A stretch of DNA of 64,000 nucleotides, taken from Rhynchobatus australiae. Its lineage: Eukaryota. The translations under genes and the position numbers were made by a program. The notes below the pieces were generated by a model that did not search any database, had not been told where the DNA came from, and saw nothing but the letters and a program-made list of their open reading frames with translations. The DNA lies in the NCBI GenBank assembly GCA_034780895.1, contig JAUZTB010000001.1:99975199-100039198 (forward strand). The letters run 5' to 3'. Below are positions 37,901 to 52,370 of the stretch, piece after piece. Position 1 is the stretch's first letter. Every line of letters begins with the position of its first letter.

Positions 37901-39419
37901 TTTTATTAGTTTATGACAACATTGACAGCCATCAAAATCTGATGGCATGGTTTATGCAATTGTCAAAACCCTTCCCCCACGTGATTACATTACATTACAT
38001 GAGGCCGAAGCCCCACGTACTGCCCTGCCATTTTGGATTAGGATGGTATAGGACGGTAAGGCAGATCCAGAAAATGAAAGACTTCAGTTACAATGAATGT
38101 CAGTGGCAAGTTGGCTCACTGTTAGTACATAATTCTCACATCATTTTTCTGAGCTGCCAAGCAACAAGATTTTTTATCCCATCACCCCAAAATTCTAATG
38201 AACAAAACCAAGACATGAAATGAATCTAAGATGTGAGTAATTAGATTTCTCTGGGGATTGAATCCAGATAATCAACTAATCTTCCCCGGCCAAACTTTGA
38301 CCTGTATTTCAAAAAATGACTGATTGAAATGGGCTTTTGTTTATATGGTTACCTAAACTAAAATCTCACACTTTGGTTGGTGAAAGGCAGTCTAACTGCC
38401 CCTTTATTTTATTATAACCACAAGATGCACTACACAAATGCAACTGTCGGCAGCTAAATTCATGTTTAAGAATGCAGAAATACTTGTCAAATCTGCTCTT
38501 TCTAACATGACAAGGAAACATTTATTGACAATACAGATACATTGTCAAATCAATGGTTCATAAAGTACTAAATAAACATTAAATTGGACATTTCAATATG
38601 ATAGTGTATTGTCAATACATGTTCAAAAACATTTCTGTTTGAATTAATCAAGGATTTAATGATCTTTATCTGTTGGAACCTGCAACAAGCTTCTGTCATA
38701 CTGCCTAATTCCCCTCCACAGCCTCAAAACACTCACCGTCATAAGCTCCCTACCCAGCAAACAAATCAACTGGTGCCAGCATGGAAATGCCAATCAGCCA
38801 CTGTGGGTCCAATTATTTTTTGAAGTTAAATTACAGCACTTCTGATATTTAAAGGCCATCTTGGTTTTTATTAGAGGAAGGTCAACTTTGAATTAGCTGA
38901 TCCCCTGAAGATGCTGCCTGTAATAGTCACAGCAGCTGTACTTTACCACTCCTAAATTATCCAACGTAACAATGTAGTTCTCAAACAAGGTAAGCTAATT
39001 TCCAAAGGTTAATTTAATTAAGGAAGACCTTTATTTTCCACTTATTCATGGAAATCAAAACTTACACTGCTTGGACCTTGGGATTTAAAGTTCTCTAACC
39101 TCCAAAGGTAAAAGCAGTTTATTCTTCAATGATTTTGCCCATATTATTTGGAAAAGGTTTGAAAAGTCATCCTTGAATTGAGCTGGATCCATGTGGAGTC
39201 GTTCAGACAAAATTTCTTGAAACTTCTCTTTCCCCATCTCCTTGTCTCCAATGGTTGAAGCTAGAGGTATCATCATTTGGATGAGATGTTAAAGTGTAGT
39301 CCAATCCTCCCTCTCAATTGAAAATAAAGAACTACTGGAAGTGTTTGAAGAAGGGGAATATAATTTATTCTTTGACTTTTGTGTAATATCTATGGGAACA
39401 CTTCTGTCCAGTGTGCAGA

Positions 39420-40295
39420 AACAAACCAATGCTTCTGGATACTCATCATTTTAACTCCATGCTCCGTTTCCACTCTGACTCTGCCTTCTATATTGTTTCA
39501 GTGAATCACAAGAAAAACTCCAACAATAGCTCCTCATCTATAGACTGAGGAACTTGAAGTCTTATGGACTCAAGACTTCATTCAACAAATTCTGACCAAA
39601 ACCACTGATCCTAGCTTTTCAGGCATCAGGAGGCTGAAGAGAGACCTGACAGAGGTATACAAAGTTACGTAGGGAATAAATAGGCGATATAGTTGCAAGC
39701 TTTTCTCCATAGAAAAGGGTCAAAAACTGTAGAGCTGAGGTTTAGGATAAAGAGTAGGAGTTTTATTGGTATTGGGATTAGAAGAAGACTTTTTTTTAAC
39801 CTAAAGTACGGTTGGAATCTGGAACGCACTGCCTGAATGGGTGGTGGAGGCAGGTAATTTCACAACATTTAAAAAGTATCTGGATGAACACTTAAATTGC
39901 CACGGTATTGAAGGTCAAGGAACTAGTGCCAATTAATGTGATTAATATAAGTATATATTTGATGGTCAGCAAGGACTTGTGGGCCGAAGGGCCTATTCCT
40001 GTGCTGTATGACTCTATGATTCTACGAGATGTTGGTTACGGCTCTGCTGTCATCACTTAGAGCTCACATGGACACATCATTTGTTTCTTTTCTTGTCCTG
40101 TCCTTGCACCATTGTCCATTTAGTCACTCCTCCCATCACGAGATCTACCCTTGTGCATATTCTACCCAGCCCTCTTTCCTCATCTCCATATTTTCTTAAA
40201 GACAGTTGCATCTTGTACACTTTCCAAAGCCCATTGGCATGAAACCTTAACTCTACCTCTCTTGCCACAGATACCACCTAACCTGATTAAAAAAA
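39420..40295 (+). mobile_element. Penelope-like remnant with nested CR1 3' end (39625-40022)
   Basis: 39420-39600 HFNS...LLIYRLRNLKSYGLKTSFNKF; CR1 aggaggctgaagagagacctgacagaggtatacaaa...gggccgaagggcctattcctgtgctgtatgactctatgattcta; pLTR-like sequence resumes at ~40030. Confidence 0.7.
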
Positions 40296-40622
40296 AACAA
40301 GTATCACTTTGCTTACTGCTGAAATACAGTAAATTTATTGAAATAATATATTTATAAATTATTACAGATTTAACAGATACAGCCTTGAGTAAACTTAAGG
40401 TGAAAGTTAATTTATCCGTTCTTCCCTCCCCGAAACCTTATAGTCCCTGTTATGTTTAATACCTTCCCCCCACGAGGTATTCTTATGCTAGCATAAATCA
40501 TGTGTAATTTTAAATTAAAAATNNNNNNNNNNNNNNNNNNNNNNNNNNNNNNNNNNNNNNNNNNNNNNNNNNNNNNNNNNNNNNNNNNNNNNNNNNNNNN
40601 NNNNNNNNNNNNNNNNNNNNNN

Positions 40623-40840
40623 ACAGGCCCTTCAGGCCCAACAAGTCCGCGCTACCCATTTTAAACCCCAAATTAACCTACCCATACATCTTTAGAATGT
40701 GGGAGGAAACTGGAACACCCGGAGGAAACCCACGCAGACACAGCAGAAGGTACAAACTCCTTACAGACAGCGACAGGAATCGAACCCCGATCACTGGTGC
40801 TGTAATAGCATCGCGCTAACCACTACGCTACTGTGCCGCC
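40623..40840 (-). mobile_element. tRNA-derived V-SINE-like element
   Basis: gtgggaggaaactggaacacccggaggaaacccacgcagacac; ggaatcgaacccc is a reverse B box; cgctaaccactacgcta is a reverse A box. Confidence 0.88.
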
Positions 40841-41649
40841 TCTCATAAATGTATTTTCTCCTCTCATAAATGTAAAGACACAAAAATGGTAGATTTTGAA
40901 TGATGAATGAGAGAGATTTGTTGTATTAAACCCAATGTTGGCCTTTTGATGGTAGTGTATTTTCTCACATGACTTACAAGTGTACAATAATCAACCTCTT
41001 TAGGAAATCCAAAACCAAGTCAGTGAAGCTCATCAGTGGCAGAAAGCCTTACCAGAGAGTTCTGATTCACTTCAAACTTCCCAAGTGTATTGTTGTTTCT
41101 TTTCTCAGTGGCAGAGAAACCATAGGAATTTGCAGCTGGTGAACAACAATGCTTGGATGGTAAGGAAGTAATAAAAAGAGACACCAATAATAGTGATGAA
41201 AAGTAACATATAGAAGTTCTGCTAGCAAAGACACAGTTCATTAAAAATCAAACATTCATATCGTTATTAGAAAATCCACGATGGCAATGTCCGCACTGAG
41301 TCTTCAAATGAAATTGGATCAGAGTACAAGTTTGATTGCATTGCCTGTGCAGGCATAACTTTTTCAATTTTACAGTCAATGACTAAACCTCATTCTCATA
41401 TGATCTTCCATTTTGTAGCTCAGTAGCAAAGCAGGCAGTAATTGGGGAAGCATAGTGCTTAAGTCAGTTGAAGCACAAAAGTTTTGCTGCAGCACAGCCT
41501 AAAACTGAAGCAGATGCAAAACTGAAGCCACTATTGCAAGAAACATACAAATGCAATGAGACATTTAAAGAGCTAATTTACATCAGGAATTCTTAATGCA
41601 GACAGCTGACACAAATGTGTGACATTCAAACGTGGGCTCATAGTAGCAA

Positions 41650-42390
41650 GTTATATGCATTTTGCACAAGTTGTAGGCAATGACCATTTCAATAAGACAG
41701 AATTGAACCAACTTCTCTTGCCATTCAATGGTATTACCATTTAGCATCAGCATCAGCATCCTGGGAGGTGACTATTGACCAGAAATTCAACTGGACCAAC
41801 CAAATACATGCCAAGACTAGAAGAGCAGATCAAACTTTGGTTATTCTGTAACAAGTGACACCACAAAGATGTTCCATCATCTAAGACACAAGTAAGAAGT
41901 GTGATAGAATAGTTTGTACTCATCGAATGAGTGCAGTTCCAGTAACACCTAGGAAGCCTGGCAACATCTAGGACATTGAAGCATATTTCATTGGCATCTT
42001 TTCCATCAACCTAAATGTTCAATTCCTCCATGATCAGCATTCTGTGGCTGCTGTGTGGACCATCTATAAAATGCATCACATTTACTTGCTGGGCAACTCA
42101 AACAGCACTTTTCAAACCCATGACTACTACCACTAAGGAGGAAAAGGCTAGAAGCACATGGGAATACCGCCACCTACAGGTTTCAGAGCAGCCTAACCTG
42201 GATGTATCCTGCCATTGCTTCATCATTGCTGGGGCAAAATCCGGGAAATCCCTACCCAACAATATCGTGAAAGTACTTTTCCCATCAGGACTGTAGTAGT
42301 TCATGAAGCTGGCTCACCATAACCTTTTCAAAGGCAGTTAGGAATAGCCAATAAATGCTGGCCTTGTCATTGACATCCGCAGCCTGAAAA
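41650..42390 (+). mobile_element. LINE (CR1/L2 superfamily) 3' part, degraded
   Basis: ccattcaatggtattaccat...catcctgggaggtgactattgaccagaaattcaactggacc...aataaatgctggccttgtc; same family as 56790-58590 and 60150-60925. Confidence 0.7.
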
Positions 42391-43169
42391 ATAACTAGGT
42401 AAACAAAAAATCACTAAGAATGACTTTAACTTCAGGTTTTGAATTTAACCCATGTGTATGTGTCCCCCAAACTCTTTGAGATGAGAAAAACAGGGGATGT
42501 GGCTGAGAAATGCCAACTTAATCTCATTGTAGAATTTGCAGCCTCAAGGCTCGACAAAAGGTCGTATTGTTTAGAAAGATTTAAACATAATAGTCAGAAG
42601 AAAAATAAGCATGGATTTGGGAGTCAAAACCAAGATCATGAATCTTGGAGAAAATGTGATGGTTATTAACAAGGGTTGAGGGCCCGAGGCTGTGATTCCT
42701 GAGGAAGTGGTTCTGATAATGGCCACTCTTTTATCTTCAAGATTGAGGAGAGGGAACCATTTGCTAAAATGATGGCCAGAAGTTGGATGGTCAGTACTTT
42801 AGTGTGAATGCGGTCAAAAGAACAATAACAAATTATATGGAGGAGGAAAGCAAGCCTTCCAGCTGTACAATCATATGATATTAATGCTCTTTCATTTTTG
42901 GGTTCTTGAGTATCCTTGATTTTAAAAGCTGCACTACTGGCAGCTGCCAAGATCTCAAGCTCCGGAATATTTTCCCAAAACTCTCTGCCTCCTGAAACAC
43001 TCCCAAAACTTACCTATTTTACCAAACTGCAGAAAATAGTTCTTTAATGTAACTTAATGCCAAAATCTGTTTGATAATAGTTCAGCAAAGTAGGACTATG
43101 CTAAAGATGGAGCATTGCTGTGCAGATATTTGAGAATGTAATTGTGACAAATGCTTAAATGCCTTAGTT

Positions 43170-43400
43170 TGGAAGTGCTGTATTGCCGGAAGTGCTACTT
43201 TTTGGATGAACCATGAATGAACTGTGGAAGGATGTTTCTATTTGATCTCTGGGATGGCTTTAAAAGATCCTATTTCACTTACTGTACAAAAGCAGAGTGG
43301 TCTTTCTAGTGTACTTCCAGCTAAAATAACTATTTGCTTCATGACCTTATTGTTATCCCCAAAGTGGTTGCTCAGATTCTCAATATTACAGTTCTGAACT
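43170..43400 (+). mobile_element. Deu-domain SINE fragment
   Basis: gtgctgtattgccggaagtgctactttttggatga...aaaagatcctatttcac...gtggttgctcagattctcaatattacag. Confidence 0.45.
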
Positions 43401-46321
43401 AGCTACTGCCAAACACTCATTACATTGAATGTTACAAAAAAACTTTGACTTTGATTGGACAGATGTATCAAATACTTTATAATCAAATATCACATGATCA
43501 TATATCCAGAATTGATATCTTCGGTCAAAACTCACTGATCAAGTTTATGATATCAATCATTTGAAGGGCAAATGAATGCATGGATATTCTCCAGACAAAC
43601 AAGAACAATCCTTTGTTTTTTGATGGATCCTTTTATCATTTACTAATCCACAAAAGAAATAACTACGAGTCCTTGGAGTCTAAAATGTACTAATAGTATC
43701 AAGATGTCATTCAAAGTCTCTTGGCAATACAGATGCTGAATGTTGGACTTCAAAATGGTAGGCAAGATATTTGACATTTCACAAAATGTTAAAAACCATT
43801 TAAATGTTAAAACATTTTTGTGCATGGTTCTCATAAGGAAAACCAAGGCAATGACTCTATTTACACTTCCAATGTTTGGATAGTTATGTGCAAATAAAGT
43901 TAAATAGGATATTCTAGTTGGCCGACTATACTACCGGAGTTCAAGCTCAGTATACCAGCTAAAACAAAATCTAAATAATAGCTAGAAATTCTTTTATTTG
44001 ATGCAATGCTCTTGTGTGCGACATGTAAGAATTTGGTCAAAAACTTGATCATTAGACATAATCTGATACTTACTGCACAGTTCTTGTAAAGACCAATTTA
44101 GTTCTTTGTCTATGCTTAAAAATCTATTCGAGTTCCTCTGCGAAATCTGCAATGCCCTTGGACCTGATGCAGCAGGCAACCTTAAACAAAACATACTCTG
44201 GCACGGCTGGTTTATCTTGGCTTTTAAAATGCCAAACAATTTCTAGATTTTTGTGTTTAAAGTGGACATGTTTTCTTTCTGCAAATGATTTTGCATCATT
44301 AAAAAGAAAGGCAGGACCTAACTATAATGTGCAAAGCAATTATACAAAAAGTTAGAAAAAGATGCTAAGGTTTATTTATCCATGCTAGTTATTGAATATA
44401 AATGTAATGCATTTCAAATGAAAATCTTACATCCAAAAGACTCTTTTTATCTGTCATTCCAAGCTGATTCCATTGGTGAAATCTTCTACATAAATTCCAG
44501 AAGAAACCTTCTGTCCTTTTTTTTTAGAATTAACCTATTGCTCTTTTATGTTTCAAGCAGGTTGGGCACCACCTTAGGTGGAAGGATGGGCAATAAGGAA
44601 CCATGAACAGAAAAGCTTTTTTTTAAAGAAATCCGTCTGGTATATTTCAATGCCTATACAACCATCAGCAATGAAATATCTGGAGAAGACAGTCAATCAA
44701 ATCCAAATGTGAAACATTACTTAGTATGTAAGGAATAGGGCAAAATCAACCGATGACTGTAATTTCAGACTTTTTTACCACCCCAATAAAGGCTAAGCTT
44801 TTTCTGACGGTTTATTGCTGCTGACACCACATGGAATTGTTTGCTCTGATCTCACCAATTCGTCTGCAGCCAGCAAATACATATATATGGGGAAGTTTCT
44901 GAGAAGTTCAGAAGCAAGAAGCAACATGGAATTCCTAAACAAGCACTGCCATGGGTTTTCTCTCTCTCTTTCTGTTGTCCTACTTCCAGATGCCAATTGA
45001 TTTCCTCTTTTAAATTGTGCCTTAATGTTGAAATAAAAGAATATGAATCAATGTTTTGTTTTCTCATGTACAATACAGACAAACAAGAAAAATGGGCCCA
45101 ACATTTCTCACAGACTTCATCATTCCACTGAGAATAGTCCCTATTTTATTCAGTGTTTCCAAAAACTGTAATAGAGTCTGTTCAGAGTGCTATCCTTCCT
45201 TTTGAAAAGATTACATTAAGCAATGTATTTGTTATATCTTCCAAGTCCAGCTTCAGATAATATTTTCAATAATTAGCCTTTTGGCAGTGCAGTCTTGCTT
45301 GACAGTATTTGGAATACAACATCCCAAATGTAAATATTCATACTTAGATATCACCTCTTGGATAGCTTCCAAAAAGTGTAGCTAAATGAAAAAAATGCTT
45401 GGAACAAATTCTATGGTGTGGATATGCCATCAGAAATGTGGATAACAGTGCAATGAGTAAAACATTCATACTTGATATTTATCTATCATTAAGGAACATA
45501 AGCTTGCCAGATATTTCCATATAATTCTTCAATTCTTAGATGAATCTCAGTTAACACCCATGGTTTAGTCCAAATTAATAATGGATGCAGAAACCATTCA
45601 TAAGATTTCAAGATTAAATTATTTTTTCAGGTTTTCAAATTCCACAACAAGACTGACATATATATTCATTTTAGCTCTAAATAATGAAATTGCTGTCTAA
45701 AATGATGTAGCATGCTTTACGCACTCAGTGTCCCATTTGCTTTGCAGACAACTTTTAAACAGCAAGGTCTCAGAAAAATTGTTGGGCTAAATTATCATGT
45801 AATCTGTTGTGTTGGTGGTGTTGGTTATTAACCTTTAGATGATGGCCAGAGCTAGAGCAGGAGGATAGTTCAGATGAACACTTTTAAGATTCACAGAATC
45901 ACAGAACAGAGTTGATGTAATAGAGAGGCCTTTAGTTTACCAAGACAGTGGGACTGATTCTAGGGAAAAGTGGGAAATATATGAGCTGAATAGATGGTAT
46001 TTCAGCAGGACTGCAATCAATAGTTTTGCAGGGATTTGGTACTGCTGCTGGGATGGTTTAGAAGAGCTTCAGAAAGGAGAAAAGCAAGGTAGGATACGGT
46101 TGACAGGGGATTCTTTAGTGAATTGGGAGGGCAATAAAATCAAAGGCTGATAAAATGGCAATAAAGTAATGTGACAATACTTTTATATGAGTATGGAAAA
46201 TAAGATGTGTCAGCCAAGGACATAAATAGACACTGAGTACAACTATCTAAAACATGGTTGTAACAAAGGTTGGGAATGTCATCTTATTATTTCTGGTTAC
46301 AGGGTTTTGAGTCAGGAGGAC

Positions 46322-46686
46322 TTAGAGGGCATTCCAATAGTCTTGTGAATTTGTGTAAATTCCCTGTAGTCACAGGTCATGCAAAACTGGCAGTGGTAAA
46401 TGGGTTTCCCAGGAACAGGTCAAGTCCATCAAATCACACATCTCATGTCAAGGAAATCCAGGAATCAAGACCAACTAACAATTCCAGCTGAAGTGAAAAA
46501 GTCAGTCAAGTACAAGGAGGAGAGTTGGGACCATGATTCTTTGTAATCCCTCTGGTGGACATCTCCTTAGTCAATATCATCCAAAAATGGGTTTAGATTT
46601 TTTTGTTTGCTCTGATCTCACCAATTAGTCTGCAGCCAGAAAATACGTATATATGGGGAGGTTTCTGAGAAGATCAGAAGCAAGAG
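46322..46686 (+). repeat. Unclassified locally repeated element (other copies 49443-49800 and partial 44837-44919)
   Basis: tagagggcattccaa..gtgaatttgtgtaaattc..acaggtcatgcaaaa..ccaggaacaggt and tgctctgatctcaccaa..gtct shared among copies in direct orientation. Confidence 0.85.
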
Positions 46687-47410
46687 AACGGTTAAAGTGG
46701 AGACTCTTAACTTCATCAACATTGACAGGAACAGAAACAGTGGAAACTGCAGAGGGGTCTAGAATTCTTTAAATGCATTCAACACAACATCTTAAATCGG
46801 TAAACAGCAAGCCAAACAAGTGAAGGGACAATTTTGGGAGACTGATTTAGTGGTGGTGATCATAATTTATTTAGGGTTAGCATAATTTTGGAAAAGGTCA
46901 AAATAGATCAAGAGTAAAAGTTCTCAACTGAACGGTGCAATTGAGCTTAAGCATGAAATCTTACTAACCTGCACATAATCATTACTTCACACTTTTGTTT
47001 AACATTATTATTATAGTCATTAGTATCCTAATTAGTCTCAATAGAGAGATAAGTAATTGTTTTTGCATATTTACAATCTACAAGGTTGTTGATTCTGTTC
47101 AAAGCACCAATTTTGCTGAAAATTTGGGAAGAATAAACATTTGCATCAAGAGGTATTAAAAAATCTAAGTTTAATGTTGTATGTAAGCAACGTATTTACC
47201 ATTTGATTCAGCAGCAGCAATCCTCTAATTAATAGGAAATCAAAGACTCTAATCATTTATATCACATACTAGATGACCTGCATAAAAATTAAAGACTAAA
47301 ATTGGTGAATTTCAGAAAAGAAGTGAAAACAAAGCACAAAAATAAACAAGGATATGGATGAGATAAAAGATCTATGTGGACAGGAAAGAGGAAGGAAATA
47401 AGCAATTTAA

Positions 47411-48900
47411 TTGCAAACTTTACTCCTCTTTTTAAAGGGAGGGAGGCAAAAGATGAGAAATTATCGACCAGTTAGCCTGACTTCAGTGGTTAGTAAGATG
47501 TTAGAGACCATTATTAAGGATGAGGTTTCGGGGTACTTGGAAGCACATGATAAAATAGGCAGAAGTCAGCATGGTTTCCTTAAGGGTAGATCTTGCCTGA
47601 CAAATCTGTTGGAATTCTTTGAGGAAATAACAGGCAGGATAGACAAAGGAGAGTCAGTGGGTTTTTAGAAGGCCTTTGACAAGGTGCTGCACGTGAGGTT
47701 GCTAAACAAGATAGAAGCCCATGATATTACAGGAAAGGTTTTAGCTTGGATAGAAGATTGGATGACTGGCAGAAGGCAAAGAGTGGGAATAAAGGGGGCC
47801 TTTTCTGGTTGGCTGCTGGTGATGAGTGGTGTTCCGCAGAGGTCGGTGTTGGGTCCGCTACTTTTCACGTCATATATTAATGATCTGGATGACGGAATTG
47901 AGGGTGTTGTGGCTAAGTTTGTGGATGACACAAAGATAGGTGGAGGGGCAGGTAGTGTTGAGGAAACAGGGAGTTTGTAGAAGGACTTGGACAAGTTAGG
48001 AGAATGGGCAAAGAAGTTGCAGATGGAATACAGTGTAGACAATTGTATGGTCGTGCCTTTTGGTAAAAGGAATAGAGGTGTAGACTATTTTCTAAATGGG
48101 GAGCGAATTCAGAAATTGGAGGTGCAAAGGGACTCGGGAATCCTAGTGCAGGATTCCCTAAAAGTTAACTTGCAGGTTGCGTTGGTAGTAAGGAAGGCAA
48201 ATGCAATGTTAGCATTCATTTCAAGACTAGAATATAAAAGCAAGGATGTAATTCTCANNNNNNNNNNNNNNNNNNNNNNNNNNNNNNNNNNNNNNNNNNN
48301 NNNNNNNNNNNNNNNNNNNNNNNNNNNNNNNNNNNNNNNNNNNNNNNNNNNNNNNNNACCACATTTGGAGTATTGTGAGCAGTTTTGGGCCCCATATCTA
48401 AAGAAAGGTGTACTGACATTGGAGAGGTCCAGAGGAGATTTACAAGAATGATCCTGGAATGAAAGGGTTATGCCTGTACTGACTGGAGTTTAGAAGGATT
48501 GTGGTGGGGGGGGGTGCGTATCTCATTTGAAACCTACTGAATATCGAAAGGCCTGGATAGGGTGGACGTGGAGAGGATGTTTCCAGTAATGGGAGAGTCT
48601 AGAACCAGAGGACACAGCCTCAGAATAAAAGAATATCCCTTTAGAACAGAGATGAGGAGGAATTTCTTTAGCCAGAGTGTGGTGAATCTGGAATTCATCG
48701 CCACAGATGGCTGTGGAGGCCAAGTCATTGGGTATATCTAAAGTGGAAGTCGATAGGTTCTTGATTAGTAAGGGCATCAACGGTTATGGGGAGAAGGCAG
48801 AAAATGGGGTTGAGAGGGAAAAATAAATCAGCCACAATTGAATGGTGAAGCAGACTCGATGGGTCAAATGGCCTAATTCTGCTCCAATGTGTTATGGTCT
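47411..48900 (+). mobile_element. CR1 LINE, 5'-truncated, RT domain to 3' tail (pseudogenised)
   Basis: NYRPVSLTSVVSKMLETIIKD, SQHGFLKGRSCLTNLLEFFEEIT, SGVPQRSVLGPLLFTSYINDLD, KFVDDTKIGG, PHLEYCEQFWAP; tail ggtcaaatggcctaattctgctcc. Confidence 0.96.
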
Positions 48901-51900
48901 AATTTAGTTGAAGCTCAAATTCCTGTGATGGTCCAGTAATCATAAAAAAAAGACAATTTGTCAATGGAGAGGGGAGGGATAGACGCACACAATCTCATTC
49001 TGCTCACTGCCTCCAGACAATTCCAAGAGGTTTTCCAACTTGTCAAATGGACAATGGCTACTGCATCATTAATATATACAAAGTGTGTACCAGACCAGGC
49101 TTGGGAGTGATCTTTCATGTAACACTCACTAATTTGCCAATATTTCAAGCCACCTTTTCTCTAGCAGAAATTAGTTAAGGTTAATAATCAATGAGATTTT
49201 TCAACTTGCAGCAAAAACAAAACACGTTGTTCATGAGTAATTATTTATTGAAATATTTCTTGCAGGTATCCTACAAATTTATAGCCACAGAACAGTGTAT
49301 TATATGTTTTCACAAACTACAACAAAAATACATTCTAATCTGCAATGAAGTTATTAATCCATGTCTGTAAATTGTTTCTTTGGGGCATTGTGTTATTTAG
49401 GATGTAAATAACTGTTATGCACGTAACGTTAGGCCTGTTCTATTAGAGGGGCATTCCAAATGTCATGTGAATTTGTGTAAATTCTCTGCAATTACAGGTC
49501 ATGCAAAATTTGGCGGAGGTAAATAAGTTTCCAGGAACAGGTGAAATCAAAATTCTAACATCTCTGATATCGAGCAATCAAGATTGATGAACAGTTCCAG
49601 GTGAAGTGAAAAAAATCAGTCAACTCTGAAGAAGAGAGTTAGGGCCATGATTCTTTGTAATTCCTCTGGTGGACAACTCTTTGGTCAACGTAATCCAATA
49701 ATAGGTTTATTTTTTTTGCTTGCTCTGATCTCACCAACTAGTCTAAAGCTGGTGGATATTAAGAGCAGGTCAGAGATTTCTGAGGTAATGCAGAACTACT
49801 TAAGAACTACAAGAAATATGGTTCAAAAGTCAATTTATTATTGAAGGTAAGAGCAAAATAAGCATTTCTTCTGGTTCTTAGACCTTGCGCACAGTTTGTA
49901 ATTACTGTAAGTTTGCTGGTTGTACCAAGTACTGCTCAGATTTAATAGTCATACAAACTAATTAATAAATGACCATCTGCTGGAATAGTACTATGGATGA
50001 GAAAGGTGACTAGAGAGCTTGAAATTGTTAATTAGCAAAAAAATCAGAGGGAAGTAAAGAGATTGTTTTCAAAAAACAGAGTTGCTTTGATTTAGAAGCA
50101 GTCTATAATAGTGTTTGGGGAAGATTCAAAAGTAATTTACCTCAAGGAATTAAAAAAATAGATTCTGTGGGGAAAGGAGGAGCTTGACACTATTTGATAG
50201 CTCTTTCAGATAGCTGATTGAAGTATGATGGTAAAAGGCCTGTCCTAGAGTGTTAATTCAATGATTCTGTCCCATAAATCAGACTAATGATTTTCCTGAA
50301 CTGAGACCAAGTGCGTTCTTTTGCCTAATGAAGCTATTGGAAAATGTAGTGGCACGTGATATATTCTAGAAAACTACATTACAATGCCGATGATTCTCTG
50401 TTCAACCTTGGGTCTCCCTACATTTTCCAAGAAATTGATTCTTTCAGTGGAGTTTTAAGGTCTACTTACAGAAGTCACCAATCCATGAAATACTCATATA
50501 AAAATTCTGAACACTGTAGGTTTTAAATGAATTTCCATGTGACAAAAGTAAACTGTGTGACACTTTACCAGGTCAGCCATTTTTCATTGCAATTTGAAAC
50601 TGTTGAGCATTACAAAGTCTTTTATATCAAGTTACTTGATGAAATTGGAATTTCAACCATGGCCATCTCAGTGAGCACTACTTTTAATACATAATTCTAG
50701 ATTTGTTTAATTACAAGTTTTTACACAGGTTTTCCTCATTGGAAATTGGATTCACACAGCACTTTCAGTTACTGACATTAACTTCTTTGAAGTTTGGTTC
50801 TGTGTATGCGACAAGTGAGGAACCATTCCATTTAGTTTGTAACTTTACAGAGTGAACACGATGCAATAGGCTTCCATTTGGCATTGACATCTAAATCTGT
50901 CAATAAAGACAATGATATGAAATCAAATATTGAACATTATGATCCTGACCAATAGCTGACATTTGAACATTCATTAACTTTTCCTATCTTACTGGAGGTT
51001 TGGATCTTTTTCTGAATATCTTCATTAAAATAGCCAGTAGGTCAACAGTACTCTCTTTTTCACCAGTTTTTGCAAATGGAAATAAAAAATTGTCTGGATA
51101 TTTCATCGCTTATATTCATTAATTGTTAAATATAAAGGAAGCGATATGCTTGCATCTGAAATAATTTTGTCCCTTTTGCTGTTGATAGTGTGTACTGTAA
51201 TATTTTGCTTGTTCTCAATTGTTATGTTCTGCACCAGTTATTTATAAATTAACATCCTCCCAATTCAAAAACATTTAAATTGCCACTTTTCAAAAAACCT
51301 GTTGAAGATCCAGAATAGTGATCATTGGCAGCCTCTCTGTATTGATATATCTTGGCTGCACATCTTCAGTCTGGTACCAATTTGGCATACTTACTGGCAC
51401 ATAAATCCTAAATCTTCCAACAACCGCTTAAAGAACAAATGCCAACCTTAATTCAAGCAGGGGTAAAGTCCAGAAGGTCAGGAGCAAAGGGTAGTGGAAG
51501 ATTAGCATACCTTGCAGACATTCTAATTTAGACATTGGGCCGTAAAATCCTATCATTTTATTTTTCAGTCATCATCACTTTTTGTAATCTTAAATCCTGC
51601 TCCAATCTGTCAAGGATCAGTACTTAATTAAACATTATACCAAAACAATTTTTATACTGATGCTTTGTAGGAGAGGTGTCCTGTCTGATTTAAGAGGAAC
51701 CAATATGCTTGGTTGCGTGATTCAGACAGCTTGAACTGAGAAGTAACTGTCTTTCTGTGTTACAGTAAACATGTCCTAGAAATACTTAATTAAGTGCAAA
51801 GCACTTTGTAATGTCAGGTGTTCATGAAAGGAGCTATATTAAGGCAAGTTAATATANNNNNNNNNNNNNNNNNNNNNNNNNNNNNNNNNNNNNNNNNNNN

Positions 51901-52019
51901 NNNNNNNNNNNNNNNNNNNNNNNNNNNNNNNNNNNNNNNNNNNNNNNNNNNNNNNNNNNNNNNNNNNNNNNNNNNNNNNNNNNNNNNNNNNNNNNNNACG
52001 TACTACATTACTTGAATGC

Positions 52020-52370
52020 ATAAGAAATACCTGGGAAGACATTTCTGAGTCGCAAGATAAGTCACAGTGGGAAAGATGAGACCAGAAGTGAATTTATGAA
52101 TGGCTTCAACAGTGGATGTGGAGAAACTGTTTCCACTTGTAGGTAAGTCTGTAACAAGGGTCAAAAATTTAGCATCACTTCTACAGGTCAAATGAGGCAT
52201 TTTGTTACCTACGGAACAGATGGAATGTAGCAGTCTTCACTGTATGTACTCAGACATTTCAGGAAAGGCTTGGTACCTAATTGTGGCAGAAGAGGACAGA
52301 GGGATATGATGTGGAATCAATGTAGTCATAGATCATATGAGTCAAATGGCCTGCTCTGATGCTGTGGATC
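52020..52370 (+). mobile_element. Old CR1 3' end
   Basis: gtggatgtggagaaactgtttccacttgtaggtaagtctgtaacaaggggtca; tail gagtcaaatggcctgctctg. Confidence 0.6.

Noticed and set aside
46322-49800. Direct repeats as LTRs of a retroelement containing the RT at 47411-48450
   Set aside because: The RT is clearly non-LTR CR1 with its own 3' tail and is less diverged than the flanking repeats; no PBS or PPT seen
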